From: an uncultured virus (IMG/VR IMGVR_UViG_3300032829_000002)
Lineage: Duplodnaviria; Heunggongvirae; Uroviricota; Caudoviricetes
Length of the DNA: 58,082 nt
IMG/VR virus record: IMGVR_UViG_3300032829_000002
Coordinates: 62,001 to 120,082 of that record
Reading direction: 5' to 3' (one strand)
This document shows positions 44,926-54,258 of the stretch, piece after piece. Below the pieces are notes generated by a model, which ran no database searches, was not told where the DNA came from, and worked only from the letters and a program-made list of their open reading frames with translations. A program made the position numbers and the translations under genes. Position 1 is the first letter of the stretch. Each line of letters begins with the position of its first letter.

Positions 44926-47052
44926 ATGTCGGTGTTCGTTTCCCTCGAGATCGACGACTTCCAGAGGACGTTCTCCCAGCAAGTGGCGAACGGCAAGAGC
45001 GCGCGCAAGAACGGATCGAATCCCAGCGTTCGACGTCCTACGCGTGGTCTCGAGGTCAAGGACGACACCTACGCGATCATCCGCGTAGTGCGTGCGGACG
45101 GTAGCAACATCCCGCTCTTCGATTCGGGTGCGATGGACGGCACCGGTCAGAACGAGAACTACGCGAACTTCCTTCTTCAGAGCGTGAGCGAAGCACGCAT
45201 GGAGAAGCAGCAGATCGTGGAGACGTTCGGCGAGCCCTACATCTTCTTCTTTGGTGAAGCTCCCCGCTTCATCGATGTTCAAGCGGTGCTGCTCAAGAGC
45301 TTCGACTTCAACTGGCGCTCGGAGTGGTGGGAGAACTACGACAAGTACCTGCGCGGGACGAAACTCGTGGAGATGGGAGCGCGCTGCTACCTCTTCTACG
45401 AGGACACGATCATCGAGGGTTACATCCTCAACGCACAGACGCAAGAGTCGGCGGACATGCCGATGATGCTCCAGCTTCAGTTCCGCATGTTCGTGACGAA
45501 CTACGCGAACATCTCCTTCATCGGCGATCCGTTCTACCCGATTCGTTCGGGTGCCGTGCCTCCTCCCGGCGTGGCGGACCTGACGAGCATGGACGCGTGG
45601 GATCAGCTCACACCGAAGTACCCCGATCAGGTCAGCCCCGAGCAGCAAGCACAAGAAGCCTTTCTTCAAGCGCTTCGCTCGAGCGGACAAGTTCAGCTCG
45701 ATCAGCAGATTCAAAAGCAGCAGACGCTCAACTCGATTCTCACGAGAGAGCAGCAGATCGCTGCCAACCAAGCGCTCTTCGCATCTGGAAGCTTTTTCAG
45801 CACTGCGTATCTGACGAGCGTTCTTCAACGCGGCATGACCAGCACTGCGTTCCCGTCGCAGGACATCGAAGGCTTCCTCTTCAACGTGCAGCAGTTCTTG
45901 AACGATGCGCAGACGGCGCTGTCGGGACCGCAGCCTCCTCCGCAGCACGTCAACGCGATTCGTTCGAAGGTCGCCGACAACAAGGACGAGTACGTCAACG
46001 GTGGCTTCGGAGATGTTCTGCCCAACATGGCGTACACCCCAGGCTCGACCGCGCCTGGTGTCGACGATCCAACGCTCACGCCCGGCGGCCCCGTCAACAG
46101 TCCGCCGGCGTCTCCTCTCAACACCGTCAACAACCAGTCGTGCCGCAACGGCGCGATGATGGGGCCGGGCAACTACTACGGCTTCGGCCTCGTTCCCTAC
46201 ACCCCAGGCTCGTCCTTGCAGTCGTACGGTCCGTACGGACGCCCTCTTGGCGCAGGTGCTGGATTCACGGGCGGTGCAATCGGTGCGGGTGCCTCCGCTG
46301 GCGTGGGGGCGGGGTTCGGTGTCGGCGTGGGTGTCGGTGGTACCGTCGGCATCCCCTTTCAGAACGGCGCAGGCGCTCAGGCGGTGGCGGGCGCGTACGC
46401 AGGCCAGCTCCCGTTCGGAGCACAGTCTGGGCTTGGCGCGGCGCCTAGCGGCGTGGCGGGGCTGATTCTGACCAATCAGGGTCTCTCTCTTCAAGGCGGC
46501 GGGCTCGCGGGTGTGGGCTTCGGTTTCCGAGGCGCCTTCAGCCGCAGCTACGGGTACACCGCCGGCGTGGGCGGGTCGTACGGCGGCGCGATGGGTGGCT
46601 CGTTCGGTCCGGGTGTCGGTGGCGGCTTGGGGGGCTACGGCGCGGCGAGTTACGGCAACCCGGCGTACGCGCAGTACGGCAACTCGCTCAACCAGCAGTC
46701 GACCTTCAACCCGTACGGGCTGCCGACAGGTTCTCCGTACGGCCTTGGGTACACGGCGCCTGGGCAGCCGAACACGAGCTCGGTGTACCGCTACACGGCA
46801 GGCATCGGACCCGATGGAACTCTTCAGAGCACCCAAGGGTTCGCTCCGATGGGCGTGCCTGCGGGCTCGACCAACTACGGCGGCTACGGCGCGGTCGCGG
46901 GTGCGCAGAGCACCGTGTTCGGCGGCGGAGCGAACATGGCTGCTGTGTCCTCAATGGGGCCTGGCGTGATGGGCGACGGCGTGTTTGGAATGCAGTCGCT
47001 GCCGGGGACTTACGGAGTGCCGTGCCCGAATACACCGCTGTCGCAGATCTGA
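44926..47052 (+). CDS. Putative baseplate/tube-initiator protein with Gly/Tyr-rich tail
   Basis: FLLQSVSEARMEKQQIVETFGE.YIFFFGE tube-fold-like N-terminus; after tape measure. Confidence 0.6.
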   Translation: MSVFVSLEIDDFQRTFSQQVANGKSARKNGSNPSVRRPTRGLEVKDDTYAIIRVVRADGSNIPLFDSGAMDGTGQNENYANFLLQSVSEARMEKQQIVETFGEPYIFFFGEAPRFIDVQAVLLKSFDFNWRSEWWENYDKYLRGTKLVEMGARCYLFYEDTIIEGYILNAQTQESADMPMMLQLQFRMFVTNYANISFIGDPFYPIRSGAVPPPGVADLTSMDAWDQLTPKYPDQVSPEQQAQEAFLQALRSSGQVQLDQQIQKQQTLNSILTREQQIAANQALFASGSFFSTAYLTSVLQRGMTSTAFPSQDIEGFLFNVQQFLNDAQTALSGPQPPPQHVNAIRSKVADNKDEYVNGGFGDVLPNMAYTPGSTAPGVDDPTLTPGGPVNSPPASPLNTVNNQSCRNGAMMGPGNYYGFGLVPYTPGSSLQSYGPYGRPLGAGAGFTGGAIGAGASAGVGAGFGVGVGVGGTVGIPFQNGAGAQAVAGAYAGQLPFGAQSGLGAAPSGVAGLILTNQGLSLQGGGLAGVGFGFRGAFSRSYGYTAGVGGSYGGAMGGSFGPGVGGGLGGYGAASYGNPAYAQYGNSLNQQSTFNPYGLPTGSPYGLGYTAPGQPNTSSVYRYTAGIGPDGTLQSTQGFAPMGVPAGSTNYGGYGAVAGAQSTVFGGGANMAAVSSMGPGVMGDGVFGMQSLPGTYGVPCPNTPLSQI

Positions 47053-47058
47053 GGAAGC

Positions 47059-50000
47059 ATGGCAGGTAGAGGTCACAAGCTTCGCCTTCGACTTTTTCTC
47101 GAGGGCATCGAAGTTCCTGTCATCGCCGCGCAGGTGGTTGCCGTTCCGAACGGCCCGATGCAATGCGTGATCCAAGTGCCACCGTCTGCGATGGGCACCA
47201 AGCTGCTCCCGCGAACGCTCGTGCACTTGTTCTTCTACGACTTCTACGAGCTCGACAGCCCCCTCGTTTCGAACGCCACGCAGACGAACAACTCGAAGCA
47301 AAATCCGACCACGTACGAGCAAGCGCAGTCACGTCGCAACGACCGTACGGGGCAGGACGTCGATCAAGAGAGTGACGACGAGTTCGCTCGAGATCGGGCG
47401 AACGATCGATACAAGTTGCTCTTCTGTGGAGAGATCATCGGGTTTCAGTGGACGAAGAACCAGACGCAGCGCTCCCTCGTTTTTCAGTGCGTCGACTTGT
47501 CGAACTACTGGGACTACGCGTACCAGTTCAGCAACACCGACATCTTCGGGCCAGGCGTCAAGGCTGTCTTCAGCGGTGGTTCGACGGACTTGCTCACGGA
47601 CTTTTTGACGTCCCCCGGTGAGGCGATCACCTCGCTGCTTCACCAGAGCTCGATTCAGTACCCGAACCTGCCGGGCCTGCTCGGTGGTATCGTTCGCATC
47701 CTCGAGTCCGTTGGCGGGACGTACTACTACGGCAAGACGGTTCAGGGGCAGAACATCTTCTTCTCGTTGGCCGAGCTTCGTCTGCACATCTCGCAGATGA
47801 TCACGGTCTACCCGCAGGACCCGACGGCGTCTCGTCTTCTCAACTCCGACGGGTGGGATGCTCTCTTCGGTCGCGTTCTTGGAAACCTCGGGGAGCAGGT
47901 CAGCATCCGCGACGTGATGAACTCGCTGATGAGCACCGTTTTCCACGAGTCGTACGGGCAGCCGTGCCCTCGCTACGTGCCAGGAACGGGAGGTTCGACG
48001 AACGGTCTCGGACGCAAGAGCATCCGCGTCGTACCTGCACTCTTCCCGCTCTACCAGACGGCGATCGATGGGCAGTCGCAGATCACCACGATCAAGACGT
48101 CGATCACCGGTACGCAGCCTCAAAGCACGACACCTGGGCAAGAATCGACTCTTCTCAACAAGAACCCCGTCGACTTCCTCTCGGTGCAGATGGACCGTCT
48201 GCGCAAGCTTCTTCAGCAAGCTGCGACGGTGAGCAACCAGAAGAACCTGCCAGCCGCGGTTCCTCTCTTCTCATCGGCAGCGACTGCTGTCGGCGTGGCG
48301 ATCACGAAGCTGAAGAAGAACTGGGCTCCCGGTCGTTCTGGCAAGAACGTCGACGAGATCACGAGCAAGCTCGACGAGGCATCGACGGCGCTCGGGAAGG
48401 TCGCGGCGCTCGAGACCAACACGGTCAGTCGAGATAAGGCGACGCCCGCTCGTCTCAACAGCCACATCATCCGGCCGGACATCTGGTTTGGACCGCCTCC
48501 TCGCTGCAATGTTCTGTTCCCCGAGAACTACGACACGATCACCTACTCACGCGTGTTCACGCAGGAGCCGACACGCCTGCTTCTGAAGACGAACGAAGAG
48601 TTTGTTGGCGAGGACGACCTGATGGACTCGTTCTACGTCGCCCCGAAGGTGAAGACGGTCAAAGGGCAGAAGAAGTCCGATCAGCTTCTCTTCGAGAACG
48701 ACATCCTCGATCACGAGCTCTTCACGGGCATCCTGCCTGTCTTCGAGAAGATGGGCGAGATGAACATCCTCGCCGTGCGTTCGGGAACAGTCGACAGCAC
48801 CTTGGCCAAGGTCAGCCTCGCGCAGCGCTCGACGAACTTCTTGTACTTCAAGTACCGCTTCACCGCGCGCAAGATGAGCATTCGCGGAAAGTTCAACCCG
48901 TGGATCGCCGTGGGGTTCCCCGGACTCATCCTCGACAAGTACGTCGATCTCGAGCACGTCTCGACCGTTCGTACGTTGCTCTCGCAGTACCAGCAGAAAG
49001 TGCCGGAGCTGACCAAGTATCTAGGGTCGCACTACCTCGGTGCGTTCACGCAGGTCACGCACGCAGTCGATCAACGGCAGGGCGTGACGACCATCGAATG
49101 CAGCTACCCTCGGCAACACGACGAGACCACGGAGCTCCTTGGTCCGTCGATGCTTGACGACCAGATGGTGAACAAGCGCACTGGAGCAGATGCCAACAGG
49201 CAGACTCTCGTGGCGGCGCTGACCAAGCCGCCCATCGGCGGCGTCGGTCCGAACTTTGGGATCATCTCTCGTGTCGAAGACGCAGGTCTTCTTCCGCCGC
49301 TGCCTGGTTCCACACCGGACACCGCGCAGAAGCTTCCCGTCTTCCTCGGCGCGAGCATCACTGGAGGCAACCTCGACTCGAGTGCACCCGTCGACGTTCC
49401 TGTCGCAGCGGGCGCGGTGAGCAGCGCGGTTGCCGATTACGTGGGGGACAGCGCGAAGGTCGTCGTCTTCAAGGGGTACCGCATCACGGAGCGTGTTCCG
49501 CAGTATCGACAGGAGTACGTGAAGATGCCGCCCGAGGAGTACATCCGTCCGGGTTGGTACGCCGACGTCTGGCACCCGCGCAAGATCGGGGAGATCTACA
49601 ACTACTACTTCGGCATCGGCTCGATCACCGACCAGACCAACGTCAACCAGCCCGACGGCTCGTCGAAGACGCTCATCAACATCGACGATCTCGAGCAGCT
49701 TGGCGATGCGGGCAACTCCAAGGGCGGCAACGACCCACGAGCCGACATCTCTGCGTTGCTCACACTGCAAGAAGGAGCTTCGATCGAGCAGGCGACGGAC
49801 TTCTTGGTCTTGACGTACTCGTACATCAAGCAGTCCGGTCTGGACGTCGACGAGTTCGTTCGTTCGTACACCTGGCGGCCGGTTGCCACGATGCTCGACA
49901 TGTTCGGAACGTCGGACCTTCAGTTCACCGCGGATGGCACGCAGGTCATCCGCGGCGTCGAGGGGTTCCACTCAAGAGCGTTCGGCAACTACGCCGATCT

Positions 50001-50151
50001 GTTCGGGCTCGTTACGCCCGACATTGAAAGCGTGATCGGGGTCAACCGCACGGCCATCGCGCGGCAACGTCTCGACATCCGCGGACGGCGTTTTCAGGCC
50101 GTCGGCGACTTCGTCAGCGATCTCCAGTTCGCCCGCGCGATCCTGGGCTGA
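47059..50151 (+). CDS. Putative baseplate hub protein
   Basis: LRLFLEGIEVP, LLFCGEI, FNPWIAVGFPG, ..VTH... pattern of hub (gp27/gp44-like) proteins; position. Confidence 0.6.
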   Translation: MAGRGHKLRLRLFLEGIEVPVIAAQVVAVPNGPMQCVIQVPPSAMGTKLLPRTLVHLFFYDFYELDSPLVSNATQTNNSKQNPTTYEQAQSRRNDRTGQDVDQESDDEFARDRANDRYKLLFCGEIIGFQWTKNQTQRSLVFQCVDLSNYWDYAYQFSNTDIFGPGVKAVFSGGSTDLLTDFLTSPGEAITSLLHQSSIQYPNLPGLLGGIVRILESVGGTYYYGKTVQGQNIFFSLAELRLHISQMITVYPQDPTASRLLNSDGWDALFGRVLGNLGEQVSIRDVMNSLMSTVFHESYGQPCPRYVPGTGGSTNGLGRKSIRVVPALFPLYQTAIDGQSQITTIKTSITGTQPQSTTPGQESTLLNKNPVDFLSVQMDRLRKLLQQAATVSNQKNLPAAVPLFSSAATAVGVAITKLKKNWAPGRSGKNVDEITSKLDEASTALGKVAALETNTVSRDKATPARLNSHIIRPDIWFGPPPRCNVLFPENYDTITYSRVFTQEPTRLLLKTNEEFVGEDDLMDSFYVAPKVKTVKGQKKSDQLLFENDILDHELFTGILPVFEKMGEMNILAVRSGTVDSTLAKVSLAQRSTNFLYFKYRFTARKMSIRGKFNPWIAVGFPGLILDKYVDLEHVSTVRTLLSQYQQKVPELTKYLGSHYLGAFTQVTHAVDQRQGVTTIECSYPRQHDETTELLGPSMLDDQMVNKRTGADANRQTLVAALTKPPIGGVGPNFGIISRVEDAGLLPPLPGSTPDTAQKLPVFLGASITGGNLDSSAPVDVPVAAGAVSSAVADYVGDSAKVVVFKGYRITERVPQYRQEYVKMPPEEYIRPGWYADVWHPRKIGEIYNYYFGIGSITDQTNVNQPDGSSKTLINIDDLEQLGDAGNSKGGNDPRADISALLTLQEGASIEQATDFLVLTYSYIKQSGLDVDEFVRSYTWRPVATMLDMFGTSDLQFTADGTQVIRGVEGFHSRAFGNYADLFGLVTPDIESVIGVNRTAIARQRLDIRGRRFQAVGDFVSDLQFARAILG

Positions 50152-50197
50152 AACTTCCGCTTCCTGTCCCCCGGTGGTAGAACCGTATGGAGCCCCG

Positions 50198-50599
50198 ATG
50201 GACTACGCCGCGGTCATGGAGAGAGCTTTTCTCGACGAACTCGAGAAGATCGCTGCTGCTCGAGAGCAGCTACGTCACGGCAAGTCGCGTGCGAAGCGGC
50301 GCCCGATGCGTGTGTCGACGATGCTCCGCAAGGAGAAGGACGGCACGCTCTACAAGTACACGAAGCAGGCGGATGGCTCGATCGGCAACGTGGTGCCGTA
50401 CTCGAACTCCGACTACCAGTCGGCGACGGGTGCATCTGGCCCGACGGGAACTCCTGCCGCAGCCAAGCCTGGTCCGAACGACATCGTTCCGTCTCGAGAA
50501 GACGGACGCGAGGCCATGTCCACCAAGATCCCTGCCTTCGCGCGCTACTCTCTGGCGCCGGCAGCAGTCAACACGCCCGAAGAACACGGCAACTTCTGA
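50198..50599 (+). CDS. Putative internal head protein (FLDELEKIA motif)
   Basis: GGAG RBS; motif shared with neighbours. Confidence 0.65.
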   Translation: MDYAAVMERAFLDELEKIAAAREQLRHGKSRAKRRPMRVSTMLRKEKDGTLYKYTKQADGSIGNVVPYSNSDYQSATGASGPTGTPAAAKPGPNDIVPSREDGREAMSTKIPAFARYSLAPAAVNTPEEHGNF

Positions 50600-50607
50600 G
50601 GTCCATC

Positions 50608-51276
50608 ATGTCCATGCCCATCTCGATGTTCTCCTTCTTCGACGAGCTGAAGCAGATCCAAGCCGGCACCGGCATGGGCAAGATTGCCAAGGAGCTCACC
50701 GAGGCATCGCGCGAGAAGATCAAGGCGAAGAACTTCGCTCTCACGCCAGCGCAGTCGGCGACGGGGGAGGCAGCCTACCCCATCCATGATCGCCGTCATG
50801 CAGCCAACGCCCTCTCCCGTGTCGAGCAGCACGGCACGCCGAAGCAGAAGGCCGAGGTCTACAAGGACGTCGCCAAGAAGTACCCCGACCTCGCCCGCAA
50901 GAGCGACGTGCCGGCTCTTCGCGCAAAGGCAGCTTCGGTTGCAGATAAGGCGAAGAGTGTGGGGCACAAGGCGCTCGAGCACGGTGCGCACGCGGTGCAT
51001 GGGTTCTTGCACAATCGCATGGAGCCGGCGCAGGACATCGCGCATGGCCTTCTTCTCGGCGACTCCAAGAGAGTCGCGCACGGAGCCGGCGGTGCCGCTT
51101 CCGGTGCGCTGTTGTTCGAGGCGGGTCGTCGGGCAGGCAAGAGCAAGGAGAAGGACGGCACGATGGGGATGGCCCCTGCGAGCGCGTCCGCTCTTCCTGG
51201 CATGGTCGGTGGCCCGCCGGGCGGAATGGGCATGAACATGACACCGCCGATGGCGATGCCGGGGAGGATGGGATGA
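50608..51276 (+). CDS. Putative internal head protein (FFDELKQI) with YPIHD..HA.NAL domain
   Basis: GAGG RBS; glycine zipper near C-terminus. Confidence 0.65.
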   Translation: MSMPISMFSFFDELKQIQAGTGMGKIAKELTEASREKIKAKNFALTPAQSATGEAAYPIHDRRHAANALSRVEQHGTPKQKAEVYKDVAKKYPDLARKSDVPALRAKAASVADKAKSVGHKALEHGAHAVHGFLHNRMEPAQDIAHGLLLGDSKRVAHGAGGAASGALLFEAGRRAGKSKEKDGTMGMAPASASALPGMVGGPPGGMGMNMTPPMAMPGRMG

Positions 51277-51593
51277 ACGCCGTCGTCTACAAGTCATTCG
51301 TCGACGAGCTCATGAAGATCAAGCAGGCGGGAGAGGGCCTGAGCGCTGCCGGCGCGCTCGGCCGAGCTCTCGGTCCCGAAAGTGCCATCGGTCGTCACTT
51401 GGCCGAGCACGGCCACGCCTACGATCTCGGCGGCCTCGGCATCTTGGCCCTTCCGCCGATCGACACGTTGCAGCACCAGGCGCGCAAAGAGCACCCCGAC
51501 AAGTGGGAGATGGCGCATGCGGGCTTGGAGCTCGGGGGACTTGGTACCCTTGCGGCGCCGGTCGCCGCGCAGCTTCTGGCCCACAAGAAATGA
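51273..51593 (+). CDS. Putative internal head protein (FVDELMKIKQAG)
   Basis: Repeated (D/E)LGGLG.LA.P hydrophobic segment. Confidence 0.65.
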   Translation: MNAVVYKSFVDELMKIKQAGEGLSAAGALGRALGPESAIGRHLAEHGHAYDLGGLGILALPPIDTLQHQARKEHPDKWEMAHAGLELGGLGTLAAPVAAQLLAHKK

Positions 51594-52390
51594 ACCTTCG
51601 CGCCACCATCGACGAGCTCGAGAAGCTCGGGGCGATCACCCCGGAGCAGGCGCGCGCGTCCTACGAGCGTGTGCAGCAGCTCGAGGCAAGCAAGCCCACG
51701 ATCGGTCAGGCGCTTCGGTATGGAGCGCTTGGTGCGATCGCAGGCCCCGCAGCGAGTGCGATCGGCGACGTCGTGCGTGGGCAGCTTCCGTTCAAGCCTG
51801 TCGAGGTTGGTGGCAAGCCGGTTCGATTCGGGCGCTTGCGATCAGGACTTGGGTCCGCCGCCGCCGGCGCCGTGATGGGCGGCGTGGCTCCTCTTCTTCG
51901 GTACCACATGGACCGTGCGGCGGAGATGGCGACGCTGCGCCAGTTCATGCAGGAGTACGAGCAAGGGCAGGGCAAGACTGCGGCTCGATTGAAGCTCGAA
52001 GGCGACGCTCTCATCGAGGTCGACAAGGACGGCAAGAGCCTGGGCAAAGGCCCTGTTCCGATGAAGGAGAAGGGGAGCGACGCGTACGTCTCGTATGCTC
52101 CTGGAGACTTCGTCACGTCGCAGTTCAGCGGCCCGCTCAGCTACGGACCCTGGATTCTGGCAAGCGGGCTCGCCGGCGACGACTCGACTCTCGAGGCACC
52201 CGTCGTGCGCAAGAAGCAAGCGGCGTCTCTCATGCCCACGACGCCAGCTTCTCCGAAGACTGGCCTCACGGCTGCTCGCAAGGTAGGACAGCCCAAGCTG
52301 ACTGCTCCCGGCGGGCCAAGCATCGCCGACATCGCTAAGCCCCAAGGCTACGGTCTCCCCGCGTCAGGGGCGAAGAAGGGAATCATCTAG
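51590..52390 (+). CDS. Putative internal head protein (IDELEKLGA) with glycine zippers
   Basis: ATGA coupling; GALGAIAG, AAAGAVMGG. Confidence 0.65.
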   Translation: MNLRATIDELEKLGAITPEQARASYERVQQLEASKPTIGQALRYGALGAIAGPAASAIGDVVRGQLPFKPVEVGGKPVRFGRLRSGLGSAAAGAVMGGVAPLLRYHMDRAAEMATLRQFMQEYEQGQGKTAARLKLEGDALIEVDKDGKSLGKGPVPMKEKGSDAYVSYAPGDFVTSQFSGPLSYGPWILASGLAGDDSTLEAPVVRKKQAASLMPTTPASPKTGLTAARKVGQPKLTAPGGPSIADIAKPQGYGLPASGAKKGII

Positions 52391-52392
52391 CC

Positions 52393-53403
52393 ATGCCCGA
52401 GTGGATTCACGAGCGCGCTGAGCATCTGCTCGCCAAGAACCCCGACATGAAGAAGTCGACGGCGTTCGCGGTTGCGACGCAGCAGTCGCATGCGCTCGGC
52501 AAGACCCCGAAGGGGTATGGTACTGCAAAGGGCAAGCAGACGGCGAAGGCCAAGTACGACACGCCGAAGGACGACGTGAAGGCCGCCAACCCTGGCGGTC
52601 TGAAGACGCCCAAGCTGAAGGAGTCTGGGTGGCTTGGAGACGCGGCGGAGAGCGTGAAGCGCGTTCTGACGACGCCCATTCCCGGCACGCCGGAGATCTT
52701 TCCTCGAGCTGCGGTGGAGACCGCCACGAGGGCAGGCAACGTGATGAAGAAAGCGCCCCTTGGGCGGCCGATGGGAGGCAGTTTCGTGACCAAGAGAGCA
52801 AGCGAACGCATGAAGGCCGCCTACGAGAAGATCGCAGGCACTCCTCCGCCGCTCCCGGCGGCTGCTCGAGCAGCAGCCAAAGCTACTCCGACGATCGCCA
52901 AGGCCCTTCCGAAGCCGAAGCTGTACGGCGAGGAAGGCTTTCAGGCGCTCATGGAAGGCGCGCGCGCCGCCAAGAGCAACCCGTTCGCAGCGATGAAGCT
53001 CAGCATGAAGCTCGCTGCCGAGAAGGCGGACATCGAGACCAAGGGTTCGCTCGAGCAGAACGTCGAGACCCCGCAGAAGGGGACCGAGCACAGCCAGCAG
53101 GGCGCCGGCGAGCAGAAGGGTGTTCCGACCGAGGGGTACCACTGGGGACAGGACCCCTTCAACGGCAAGCCGGGGATCGGCAATCGCAAGGACGCGTACG
53201 AGGTCTTCACCGACGGCGCCGAGCAGATCAACGTCGCGGACAACCACGACCTGCTGCATCGCATATTCACGAACATGGGGCCTGCATCCGACGCAGCGAA
53301 GGCTACGATCGAGCAGAACTTCTCGGGCGGTCGCCGCGGGCACTACGTGACGCACGCACAGACCTTGCTCGAGAAGGTTCGCAGCGTCGCTGGCCGCGCG
53401 TAG
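52393..53403 (+). CDS. Basic protein with ChaB-like N-terminal motif and K-x-A motifs
   Basis: STAFAVATQQ; TKRAS, EKIAG, MKLAA. Confidence 0.6.
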   Translation: MPEWIHERAEHLLAKNPDMKKSTAFAVATQQSHALGKTPKGYGTAKGKQTAKAKYDTPKDDVKAANPGGLKTPKLKESGWLGDAAESVKRVLTTPIPGTPEIFPRAAVETATRAGNVMKKAPLGRPMGGSFVTKRASERMKAAYEKIAGTPPPLPAAARAAAKATPTIAKALPKPKLYGEEGFQALMEGARAAKSNPFAAMKLSMKLAAEKADIETKGSLEQNVETPQKGTEHSQQGAGEQKGVPTEGYHWGQDPFNGKPGIGNRKDAYEVFTDGAEQINVADNHDLLHRIFTNMGPASDAAKATIEQNFSGGRRGHYVTHAQTLLEKVRSVAGRA

Positions 53404-53422
53404 CAACAACGGAAGTCGGGAC

Positions 53423-53431
53423 GGGATAAGA
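53423..53431 (+). promoter_or_regulatory. GGNATAAGA motif upstream of the sigma gene
   Basis: GGGATAAGA then AAGGAGG RBS. Confidence 0.65.
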
Positions 53432-53449
53432 GGCCCGAAGGAGGTTCTT

Positions 53450-54196
53450 GTGTCCAACCCGATTGACGAGCTGCTCGAAGAGAAGAAGAAGACGGCAGCA
53501 GTTCGCGCAGCTCGAGATCTTGATCTCTGGAGCAAGTGGAATGAGAGCGGGCGCAAGCCTGAGCATCTCGAGCCCTTGCTCGACGCATACCAGCCGCTGA
53601 TCAACAGCAAGGTCCGCGAGTGGACTCCTCCGCTCATCACGCCGAGTGCGATGGAGGCGGAGATCACCGGCCACGTCATCCAAGCCTTCCAGACGTACAA
53701 CCCGCAGAGAGGCGCTGCGCTCAACACGCACGTGCAGCACCGCATTCAGAAGGCGAAGCGGTACATGGTCAAGTACCAGAACCGCGCGTACATCCCCGAG
53801 AGTCCGGCGTACCAGATCGGCAACTTGCAGCGAGCGCACGGTGCGTTGACGGACGACCTTGGGCGAGCACCGACCGCACAGGAAATCGCCGAGTACGTAG
53901 GCATCCCCGTGCGCAAAGTAGTACAGATTCAGAAGTCGATTCGCAAAGACATCCCGAGCTCTGCACTCGAGAGTGACCCGATGCCTCGTTTCGGATCGAG
54001 AGAGCAAGAAGTTCTGTCCCTTCTTCCGAGCGTGCTCACGCCCGAAGAAAAGCAGGTCTTCGACCTCGTGTACCACCCCGACACGAGTAAGCGGGTGGTT
54101 TCGACTTCGGCCATCGCCAAGAAGATCGGTAAGAACGCCTCTCAGGTGAGCCGGCTCAAGTCGAGCATCATAGAGAAGACCAAGCAGTACCTCTGA
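53450..54196 (+). CDS. RNA polymerase sigma-70 family factor (FliA/SigF-like regions 2-4)
   Basis: QAFQTYNPQRGAALNTH..HRI (region 2); LGRAPTAQEIAEYVG (region 3); LTPEEKQV...IAKKIG.NASQVSRLK (region 4). Confidence 0.9.
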   Translation: MSNPIDELLEEKKKTAAVRAARDLDLWSKWNESGRKPEHLEPLLDAYQPLINSKVREWTPPLITPSAMEAEITGHVIQAFQTYNPQRGAALNTHVQHRIQKAKRYMVKYQNRAYIPESPAYQIGNLQRAHGALTDDLGRAPTAQEIAEYVGIPVRKVVQIQKSIRKDIPSSALESDPMPRFGSREQEVLSLLPSVLTPEEKQVFDLVYHPDTSKRVVSTSAIAKKIGKNASQVSRLKSSIIEKTKQYL

Positions 54197-54217
54197 GCTG
54201 CGTCAGAGGAAGACTTC

Positions 54218-54249
54218 AAGGCTCGGCCTCGGCCGGGCCTTTTTCTTTT
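54218..54249 (+). terminator. Intrinsic terminator
   Basis: AAGGCTCGGCC/GGCCGGGCCTT stem plus T tract. Confidence 0.8.
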
Positions 54250-54258
54250 GGAGGGCAG

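Noticed and set aside
3619..50151. Long antisense or alternate-frame ORFs (e.g. 3619-5400, 7078-9405, 13971-17066, 18719-21037, 27575-29404, 44236-46836)
   Set aside because: Shadows of GC3-biased real genes; Arg-rich, no RBS or motifs
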